NCBI GenBank assembly: GCA_000004985.1
Contig: GG738896.1
Reading direction: 5' to 3' (one strand)
Length of the DNA stretch: 64,000 bases
From: Naegleria gruberi
Lineage: Eukaryota
Every line of letters starts with the position of its first letter. Position 1 is the stretch's first letter. Positions 55,938-64,000 of this stretch are shown piece after piece. The notes beneath the pieces were generated by a model. That model was not told the DNA's origin. It was given only the letters and a program-made list of their open reading frames with translations, and did not search any database. Position numbers and translations under genes: made by a program.

Positions 55938-58303
55938 TTGAAAAACGGTAAGGTTAAAAAAATGAATCAACAACAACAATTGAGGTTGCCGCCTCCTCAA
56001 TCACCAGGAATCATGATGCAAGAACAACAACAACAACAGCAGGCGAGAGGAAGACCAAACCTAACTTCGTATTATAATAGTAGCATTAATAATCAATATC
56101 CAGTTCCATCAATGCCTCCCTCTCCGAGTAATTTTGGAGGAACACCAAATGGGAGATTAATGTTTGGAAAACCAACATCATCAACACCAAATTCTTCAAA
56201 TAATAATGGAAGACCATCTTCTGCTCAACCAATGAGAACTGTTTCCAGACAAGAAATTAACAATAACATGAATAGAATGAATAATAGACAGCAACGTCCA
56301 ACGAGTGCATCACCAGCTGCCGTAAAGAGTGCTCACTTTACGATGGGAGGAACAGAGCCACTTAAACCAAGTGAGAGAAAAATTGGAAGAAAGCACTTTG
56401 TCAATGCTCCAACAATTATTACAACCACAACTTCATCTTCTGATAAACTTGATGTAGCAGAGACATTGACAATGACATCTTCAGGTCTAAGGACATCAAA
56501 AAGTGATTTGGATAAACCATTCCACTCTCTTTACCAAGCTTATTGTCGAAGAATAAGAATAGAACCTTTGGAATTTATTGTAGCAAACAGTTTAACAAAA
56601 GGTCTGTTTGAAATTGATCTCGACTTGATCCCACAAGAACATTGGAAGAGATGTTTGGCTGCTCTCAAAAACTCTCGTCAATCCTTCAATTCCATTAGAA
56701 TTGCTTGGGGTGAATCAAATTATGTCAGAGATTTCTCAACCATCACCAACAACAAACCTAAGACTACATCATCCTCTCCATCTCTCCTCTCCATCAAAGA
56801 ATCCATGCTGATCCATCAAATGAGAAGCACCAATCAGTTAGAAAGAAAGACAAGCTCGAGGTCTATTAACCTTGTCGATCCAATTACATATGCTGACTCG
56901 CTAAAGTTTGTCAGAATTCTTGCTCCCTGCTTTAGTGCATTTTTGTCAAAATTGGAAATTATAGGAATACCCATCTCAAAACAATGTACATCTTTCATGC
57001 AAAAAGGTCTGTTAGAAGCAAAGAGTTCACTGAGATGTCTTTCATTAAAAAACACAGGTCTTGGAGATGAGGCTTTCAGAGATATTGGATGCCTGCTTAC
57101 TCAATTCATCAAATTAAGCAAGTTAACAGTGAGTGGTTGTTGCCTTTCTGATGACAGCTCCCAATACATTCTCAATTTAATGAGGGAAAGAATTAATCAA
57201 AAGAGCCATGAAGCATGGTTAGTAAGTTTAAGAGGAAACCAGGAAGCCTATGATAGTATTGAAGATTTGACATCGTTGGATCTTTCTGATAACTATTTCT
57301 CTGATTCTACAGCTAAAGCCATGTCTCATATCTTGTATGATGATCAAACGTTGAAAAGTAAGTTATTTGTTTTAGCTCTATCTTACAATATTCCTTTTTA
57401 GAATTGAATTTAAGTAAGAATATTATTGGTGTAACTGGTATTTCATTATTCTTTGATGTGGTAGTTCACAATGAAGTAATTGACTATATTGACTTGAGCG
57501 CCAACTTTGGTGTAACAGAATTTTCAGAAAAGTTTGATTCTCACACTCTGTTCACCAATTTCTTCGATTCACACGACTTTATATTCCAAAGAATTTCTAA
57601 AAGGAAAAAGAAAAAGACCTCTGAAGGTGAAGAAAAAACAAAAACCTCAAAGAATGGGAAAAAGAAGGATTCCAAGATTGTTAAACTCAAAGTACCATCC
57701 AAGTCTGATAGAGATGCTCATCAAGAACTCGAATCCCTTGCGTCTGATTCACTCTCGCCAAGGTCAGACGAAACAGATGAAAGTGGTTATGAAAGTTGTA
57801 CAGGTAGAATTGAAGGAAATGACAAGAAATCAAAAGAGGAAGAAGAAAAGGAGAAGAAGAAGGCTGAAGAGAGAGAAGAAAAAACTCTCAGGTTGAAGCG
57901 TGAGTCTGAGCTCATTAACATGCAAATTGAATTCAAAAACATGGATGATCTGTTGGTGAAACTCAAAAAGAACAAGTTTGAAAATGAGAATAGAATTCAA
58001 AGCCAAGAGAGAAGTCTAACAGATCTCCAACAAGCACTTGTACAACTCACTCAACTTGTGAATGAACTTCAAGAAGAAAAACAAACCTTAAACAAGCAAC
58101 TAATTGATACCAATGAGAAACTGGAAAAGTCGCAAACCAATGTACAGTCGCTAACTTCTATAGTGGAAGCAAATTCCAACTCTTCGAAAAGGAAGGATTT
58201 CATTCAACCTGACATTCATATTGATCCATCCCTGAAACCATCTCAAGTTGCAAATGAAGATATTGCATTCAGAATTACAGAATTATTTAATAAGAAAAAA
58301 TAA
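55938..58303 (+). CDS. LRR (ribonuclease-inhibitor-like) protein with Q/N/S-rich N-terminus and C-terminal coiled-coil; two exons with a 44-nt intron (~57358-57401)
   Basis: The donor aaaa|gtaagtt and acceptor cctttttag|aa join ORF 55938-57401 to ORF 57404-58303 in frame (LKSK|LNLSKNIIGV). LRRs include LSLKNTGLGDEAFRDIGCLL, LTVSGCCLSDD and LDLSDNYFSD. The C-terminal E/K-rich coiled-coil is ERSLTDLQQALVQLTQLVNELQEEKQTLNKQLIDTNEKLEKSQ. Confidence 0.65.
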
Positions 58304-58419
58304 TATGCAACAGTCACGGGAGTATATTATGAAAATCTAAGCAATTAAATCTAGGAAGTGTAAATAAATATTTAAAGTAATAATTATTTGTAAATTTCAA
58401 TTAAATACATAACAAAAAA

Positions 58420-58926
58420 ATGAGTGAACAATTACCTGAAGTCACCTACCGATTTTATGAAGGTGAAAAAGATTTGGACTTGATTAAACAAATTATGGAT
58501 ATTCATCTGAGTGAACCATACTCTGTTTATACATATAGATTTTTTGTGAATGAATGCCCAAAGCAAACTGTTCTTGCTTTTATTGATGGAAATTTCGTCG
58601 GAGCTTGTGTTGGAAAAAGTGAAATGCACTTGGGAAAAACAATGCGTGGATATATTGCCATGTTGGCTGTTGAAAAGGAACACAGAAAGAGAGGTATTGC
58701 CACAGAATTGGTAAAACGAGTGATTGAAGAAATGAGATTAGCAGGATGTGATGAAGTTGTTTTGGAAACGGAATTAACCAATGCATCAGCTTTAACATTT
58801 TACGAAAGATTAGGATTTGTCAGGGATAAGAGATTACACAAATATTATTTGAACCAGGGATGTGCTTTCCGATTGAAATTATATCTGAAAAACACAGTCC
58901 AACAACAACAAGAAGAAACCAATTAA
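58420..58926 (+). CDS. NAA30: N-alpha-acetyltransferase 30 (NatC catalytic subunit, MAK3-like GNAT)
   Basis: GNAT motif A (GYIAMLAVEKEHRKRGIATELV) and the conserved YRFYEGEKDL and SEPYSVYTYRFF blocks characteristic of Naa30/Mak3. 168 aa. Confidence 0.8.
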   Translation: MSEQLPEVTYRFYEGEKDLDLIKQIMDIHLSEPYSVYTYRFFVNECPKQTVLAFIDGNFVGACVGKSEMHLGKTMRGYIAMLAVEKEHRKRGIATELVKRVIEEMRLAGCDEVVLETELTNASALTFYERLGFVRDKRLHKYYLNQGCAFRLKLYLKNTVQQQQEETN

Positions 58927-58941
58927 AATTTAAATGATAAT

Positions 58942-60831
58942 TTATACAAGTTCAACATCGTCACCATCATCATCGCTGTCGGCAGCAAATTGATTTAAAA
59001 CAGCATCATCTTCTTCATCATCAGAATCTTGTTGTTTAACATTCTTTTTCGATGTCACAGACTTGGATGGAGCTGATTTTCTTGTAATTTCTTCTTCGAC
59101 ATCATCTTGCATGGTTTCTTCTGTTTCTCCTTCCTCAATTGAAGCACCTTCTTTGTCTAATTTCATCCTTCGTTGTAATAATTGTCTATTGTAAGCATTC
59201 TTTCCTCTTTGGAGCTTCTTAATGTATTCATAAAGCTTACGCTTCTTTCTTGAGGCCATAAGCTTACGCATTTCAATTTGCTCTTGTTCCTTTTCTTCCT
59301 TCTTGTTCTTTGGTTTGTTGGACAACTTTTGAAGTTGAACTTCGTCCTTTGACTTTTGCTTGGACTTCTCCAATTCTTGTTGAACATCTGTAAACTTTTT
59401 ACCTTCCATTTCAGCCATGAATTCAATTTGGTGTCTATCTTCTTCTTCATCACTGTCATCATCAAGATCTTCCAAAACTTCAGCTTCTTCCTGATCATCT
59501 TCCACATCTTGTTGGTATTGTCTCTTGATTAATTTCAATTCCTTTTCAACCATAGATCTGATTTCTTCGGCATACTTTGGCATGTATGTATCCTTCTTAT
59601 ATTCAACAAATGGAGAGAGATGAGGTGGGAGTTTCTTACCAGGAGCATAAGGTTCAACTGGTAATTTAATCATTGCATTGACACTATCAAAAAGGTATTG
59701 AGGTTGAACATATTCACGATCCTTGATCATCTTTTCTGCAGGAACCTTTCTATCTACAACCATATGTGTAATTTTATCATAGGTTTCATCAAATGGAGAA
59801 TCTTCCGAAGCCCATCCACATTCTCCTCCAAATGATTTAACAATAAATTCTAAAGAGGCCTTTGGACATTCTCTAGAGAAGTAAAAGACCATTCCTTTGA
59901 ACATTCCTTTAAACTTCTTCATGAAAACTTCCTCTGGTGTGGATTTCTTATTTTCTTCTTCTCCTTCAACAGCAGGTCCAGAAACAGAGCTCAAATCAAT
60001 CTTTTCCTTCATTTCTTCATCTTCTGGGAGATCAATCAAGTATGATTTATCATTCTTTGTAGTATAGTTTGGTGGATATTCCATATTATTGTCGAAATAT
60101 AACTTGTAATTGATAAATGTCAAGAGGGTAATGTAGAATTGCATGAAACTTCTGAAAATGTTAAAATCAATATTTTCTGGAATTACTTGTGGGAAATCAT
60201 AAGGAACAATCCAAGTGACATCAACACCTTGAACGTTAGCTTGATAGTAAATACCCTTAAATGAAAGGAAAACTTTTCTTAAACTGTTGGTTTGACAAAC
60301 AAGTGAACAAAATTCATCACACAATCTCTTGGCGTTTTCTGACATTTCAGCAGTAACTTTACCCAAACCAGCTGGTAATTGAGTGAACATGAACAAAATG
60401 CACAAACAATCGTTCAAATCATTAAGAGCAGCTTGGAATGATGGATATCTTTCCTTTACAAGATGGTCATAAGTGAATTCTGGTTCCAATTCCTGTAAAC
60501 GTTCAAAATGTTCAATATCACCTCTTCCTTTAGCTTTGGAAACTCTTCTCAAATATGTTTTATATTCTCTCAACTTATCAATCAGTGGATCGTGAGCAAT
60601 AAAGTTAATATCCTTCTTGTAATAATAAGTTTTATCCTTTGCATATTTAGTAGCGTTTTTAGCCTTTACGTTTTTCTCTGGGACTTTAGGGTGAATACCT
60701 TTCAGAATGAGCATGTGTCTAAAGTTTGCTCTAGATAATTGAAGTCTTTCTTGAGCAGTATTCTTTGCCAAATACTTGACCTTGGTCAAATCCTTGGTGG
60801 CAAAAAAGTTCTTTTGTGGTGCTTTACCCAT
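58942..60831 (-). CDS. PES1: Pescadillo homolog (PES1/NOP7), ribosome-biogenesis BRCT protein
   Basis: The N-terminus MGKAPQKNFFATKDLTKVKYLAKNTAQERLQLSRANFRHMLILKGIHP matches the pescadillo N-domain. A central BRCT-like region (KGMVFYFSRECPKASLEFIVKSFGGECGW) and an acidic/K-rich C-terminal tail are present. Confidence 0.85.
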   Translation of the reverse strand: MGKAPQKNFFATKDLTKVKYLAKNTAQERLQLSRANFRHMLILKGIHPKVPEKNVKAKNATKYAKDKTYYYKKDINFIAHDPLIDKLREYKTYLRRVSKAKGRGDIEHFERLQELEPEFTYDHLVKERYPSFQAALNDLNDCLCILFMFTQLPAGLGKVTAEMSENAKRLCDEFCSLVCQTNSLRKVFLSFKGIYYQANVQGVDVTWIVPYDFPQVIPENIDFNIFRSFMQFYITLLTFINYKLYFDNNMEYPPNYTTKNDKSYLIDLPEDEEMKEKIDLSSVSGPAVEGEEENKKSTPEEVFMKKFKGMFKGMVFYFSRECPKASLEFIVKSFGGECGWASEDSPFDETYDKITHMVVDRKVPAEKMIKDREYVQPQYLFDSVNAMIKLPVEPYAPGKKLPPHLSPFVEYKKDTYMPKYAEEIRSMVEKELKLIKRQYQQDVEDDQEEAEVLEDLDDDSDEEEDRHQIEFMAEMEGKKFTDVQQELEKSKQKSKDEVQLQKLSNKPKNKKEEKEQEQIEMRKLMASRKKRKLYEYIKKLQRGKNAYNRQLLQRRMKLDKEGASIEEGETEETMQDDVEEEITRKSAPSKSVTSKKNVKQQDSDDEEDDAVLNQFAADSDDDGDDVELV

Positions 60832-61180
60832 TTTTATATACTATCGTGTTATTAACAAAATATTGTTGAGTTGTGGTTGTTATAGAAAATAGGCTTTGTC
60901 CGTGATGATAAAAAAATAACTCGGTAGTTTAAACGACAAAAGAAATTGTTGCTAGCTTGTTGTTGTTACGTTATTTTTTTTGAAGCAAGAATGAATATTT
61001 TTTCATCAATTTTTCATCAAATTGTTTGAACGGAGAGATTCAGCATCATAAAGTGCAACAAATAGAGCTGCAGTTGTTGATGAATTAAAAGCTTTTTCAG
61101 TTCAATACATGTTACCTTACTAGTTGAATGCATGGTTTGGTTAGAAGTGTTTTGAAAGATATTGAAAAGAATGATTTTTT

Positions 61181-61906
61181 TTATTGTTCAGATGACGATT
61201 CTTCTGTCTTGTTTTCTCTAGATTGTTTCAGTTTCTTATTGAGGGATTCCAAAGTAGTGCATTCACGAGCTAGTTTGAAAATTAAGTGATTGGTTTTAGT
61301 GGATTTTTCAATGAGTTTGTCCAATTCGTATTTCAAGTCATATTGTTCTCGTTTTCGTTTCTTGTTGATATTTTCAATTTCTTGTAAAACTTGAGTCTTT
61401 TCTCTTTCCAATAATTTAATTTGTTTTTGAAGATATTCATTGGCTTTTCTTAGTGATTCCTCTCCATAATTCTTAGCTAATTCAGTATGTATACAATTAT
61501 GATAATAATACAATGGTTCATTCTTTTTGATAGTTTCCAAATATTCTTCCTTTTCCTTCTCTGAAAAGAATGGAACAAATTCTTGTTTTTCGATCATTTG
61601 TTTATAATGTTCCGATAAGCCAGTTGTAGAATTAGAAAATTGAGGTTCATAACTTGATGTTGTATTCGGATGATATTCCTCCATCTCACAATTCTTCATT
61701 TCCTCCTTGATCATGTTATCAATTTGTCTTTTTAATATTTCAACTTGAAATTGATGATATTCTCCCTTTGATAATGATGAATCGGATACACCTTCCTCCT
61801 CTTCAGAACCTTGAAAATAGGACGACAATGGATGCTTTACGCAACACTCCAATCGATCCACATAACTCAACGCATCCAAAATATTCTCCTTCAACGATGA
61901 TGACAT
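61181..61906 (-). CDS. Hypothetical coiled-coil protein (241 aa)
   Basis: Uninterrupted ORF with heptad-like K/E-rich regions (KLLEREKTQVLQEIENINKKRKREQYDLKYELDKLIEK). Confidence 0.45.
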   Translation of the reverse strand: MSSSLKENILDALSYVDRLECCVKHPLSSYFQGSEEEEGVSDSSLSKGEYHQFQVEILKRQIDNMIKEEMKNCEMEEYHPNTTSSYEPQFSNSTTGLSEHYKQMIEKQEFVPFFSEKEKEEYLETIKKNEPLYYYHNCIHTELAKNYGEESLRKANEYLQKQIKLLEREKTQVLQEIENINKKRKREQYDLKYELDKLIEKSTKTNHLIFKLARECTTLESLNKKLKQSRENKTEESSSEQ

Positions 61907-62150
61907 TTTTTAATATTTATTAATTTAAATAAAATTCCCTCTTGATGCTTGTTCAATAAGAGGGAATTGGCTAACAACTAATAATGTACTTTCATCATCA
62001 ACCTATCGGAATGATCAATAATATGACCATCATAATGATGATTATCCATTGATACCTTCAAACTTGTTCATTAGTTTTTCCGAAGGGAATATTCAATCAT
62101 CGAGGTAGAATGGACTCCACTGAACGGGCGTTCAAATACAAAAAAAAAAT

Positions 62151-63258
62151 ATGTCTACATCAACAACAGACGATCAAGTATTGATTAAAATTGCATCGGA
62201 AGAGGAATTTTCTCAATCGGTTGTTAGTTTGATTACATCGTCATCATCAAGTGCTGTGAATGGCGTTGTTGTACACTTTTGGGCTGAATGGTGTGCACCA
62301 TGTTTTGAAATGGATAAGATTTGTGTAAATCTTGCTCAAAGGTTTACCAATATTAAATTCTATAAGGTATGGTGTAGTTAATTATGTGATAAATATATTT
62401 AAAATAATAATTAATAATTTAATTGTAAAATAGGTTGAAGCCGAACAATTACCAAATCTTACTGAACGATTCGGAGTTCACTCAGTGCCAGCTTTTGTCT
62501 TTTTACCATCAAATCAAAATGCATCTAAATTATCTTTCACAGTTTTGGAAGGTGCTAATCCACCTGAACTTTCAAAGAGAACAAAGGCTCTCTCTGAAAG
62601 TGTCAACTTGCCACAAACTCAACAACAACCAGCAGGAGGAGGTACTGATTTAACTAGTAGAATTAAGAATTTGATCAATCAAACTCCTGTTGTGCTTTTT
62701 ATGAAGGGTAATCCATCAACTCCAAAATGTGGATTCAGTAATCAAATTGTGGAAATTTTGCGTAAGGAAAACATTACTTTCTCTACATTCGATATTTTGA
62801 GTGATGAAAGCGTTAGACAAGGATTAAAGTCCTATTCAAATTGGCCAACTTATCCACAATTGTACGTTAAGGGAGAACTTATTGGAGGACTTGATATTGT
62901 AAAGGAAATGGCTCAAGAAGGAAGTCTCTGTGAACAACTTGGTCTTGAACCTGAGGAAGATTTAAATACCAAATTGAAACGTCTCGTTAATCAAGCTCCT
63001 GTCATGCTCTTCATGAAAGGATCTCCAGAGGCTCCAAAATGTGGATTCAGCTCCAAGATTGTTGCCATTCTCAATAATAATAATGTCAAATTCTCTTCAT
63101 TTGACATTTTGAGTGATGAAAGTGTTAGACAAGGATTGAAGACTTATTCAAATTGGCCAACTTTTCCTCAACTTTATTCTAAAGGAGAACTAATTGGAGG
63201 ACTTGATATCGTTAAAGAATTGGCTGATAATGGAGAATTGTTGGAAAATCTCGAATAA
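62151..63258 (+). CDS. GLRX3: Grx3/PICOT-type protein: thioredoxin domain + two monothiol glutaredoxin (CGFS) domains; two exons with a 67-nt intron (62367-62433)
   Basis: Exon 1 has the Trx fold with WAEWCAPC. The donor aag|gtatgg and acceptor aaaatag|gtt keep frame. Exon 2 continues the Trx fold (VPAFVFL) and carries two Grx domains, each with CGFS, WPT[YF]PQLY and GGLDIV. Confidence 0.85.
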
Positions 63259-63274
63259 ATTATTTATTGTTATT

Positions 63275-64000
63275 TTAATCAGTCTTTTCCTTATCGACCT
63301 TCTTTAACAATGTCAGTAACATAATAAGAATGGAACAAACAGCGGAGCAAATCAATGCATAACCATAAAGTGTAAATCTGAAATGCATGGTGCTGTATGC
63401 TGCAGCAAGTTCGCAAGCAACCATGATGAGATAGTGTCTAAAGTTGAATTCCTTTGTTAGAGTTGTTTGATTAATGAAAATCAAAACAAAGGTAACCAGA
63501 CATGGTAATAAGGAAACAGGATTGATCATGTTTGCAAAACGAGCTGGAGGAATAGTTTGAGTGAATAACTCAATACCCTTGAGGGCTGTCTTGGAAATAT
63601 GAATCATTTCCTTCCATTCCTTAATCCAAACAATACATGAAGGTAGAAGAATAATTGTTGAGATAGAGTGAAGCATCAAAAAGGCGCTCTTCAACGACTC
63701 ATGTTGAGCATCTTCACTAGATACAGCCATATTCAATAACATCAAAACGAGAGTGAATAAAAATCCTAATCCAATATGCATATACTTATGAACTCCATAT
63801 GCAATCAAGAGAGAGCAGGCAATGATGAAAATACTTGATGTGAAAACAAACTTCAACAATCTGGCAGGTAAATAGAGAATTATCATTACAACTCTCAACA
63901 AAAAGTAAAGAATGTGCAAAATGGAGAAGGCAGTAATTAAGGAAAGAACTATATAAATTGGCTCACTTTCGTGATAGGTCATTGTGTCAGCTTGTGGCAA
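63275..64000 (-). CDS. Polytopic membrane protein, N-terminus at or beyond the window end
   Basis: 241-aa ORF with at least 6 hydrophobic helices. The first in-window ATG gives MTYHESEP at about 63981. No recognised motif. Confidence 0.4.
   Translation of the reverse strand: MPQADTMTYHESEPIYIVLSLITAFSILHILYFLLRVVMIILYLPARLLKFVFTSSIFIIACSLLIAYGVHKYMHIGLGFLFTLVLMLLNMAVSSEDAQHESLKSAFLMLHSISTIILLPSCIVWIKEWKEMIHISKTALKGIELFTQTIPPARFANMINPVSLLPCLVTFVLIFINQTTLTKEFNFRHYLIMVACELAAAYSTMHFRFTLYGYALICSAVCSILIMLLTLLKKVDKEKTD

Overview
The window is eukaryotic nuclear DNA, not a prokaryotic locus. It is AT-rich (about 32-35% GC by eye) and compact: roughly 35 protein-coding genes on both strands in 64 kb. 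Introns are short (36-73 nt, GTAAGT/GTATGG donors, YAG acceptors) and stop codons are almost always TAA. Two N-runs (47823-48127 and 53125-53911) show it is a draft assembly, so single-base frameshifts may be errors. The ORF track uses alternative start codons, so several of its 'M' starts are TTG/GTG or mid-exon and not true initiators. I found no CRISPR, phage, defence or operon structure.

Recognisable housekeeping genes are:
- two polyubiquitin genes that are inverted duplicates about 19 kb apart, one of them frameshifted;
- a single-finger GATA factor;
- a tRNA-Gly(GCC);
- a NEDD8-like ubiquitin-like modifier;
- a truncated tRNA-Lys-like gene;
- tubulin cofactor E;
- a mitochondrial ADP/ATP carrier;
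- three dispersed 5S rRNA genes;
- NatC catalytic subunit (Naa30);
- pescadillo;
- a Grx3/PICOT-type Trx-Grx-Grx protein;
- an SGNH hydrolase;
- an SDR fragment.

Expanded or lineage-specific content includes:
- three DUF4116-repeat genes, one fused to PX, protein kinase and Sel1 repeats;
- three F-box-like/LRR proteins;
- a large NHL-EGF-TM surface protein;
- a six-module Cys-rich GPI-anchored protein with a Ly6/uPAR-like CC...CN signature;
- a secreted ephrin-receptor-like Cys-rich protein;
- a secreted P/Q/K-rich coiled-coil protein;
- an AhpD/CMD-like gene;
- an HSPA12-like actin-fold ATPase;
- an N-myristoylated 2OG-Fe(II) oxygenase-domain gene that I rebuilt from three ORFs.

The ubiquitin sequence (Ser19, Ser28) argues against a metazoan; a protist or early-diverging fungus is more likely, but I cannot assign the lineage from sequence alone. 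My hand-indexed coordinates may be off by 1-2 nt.
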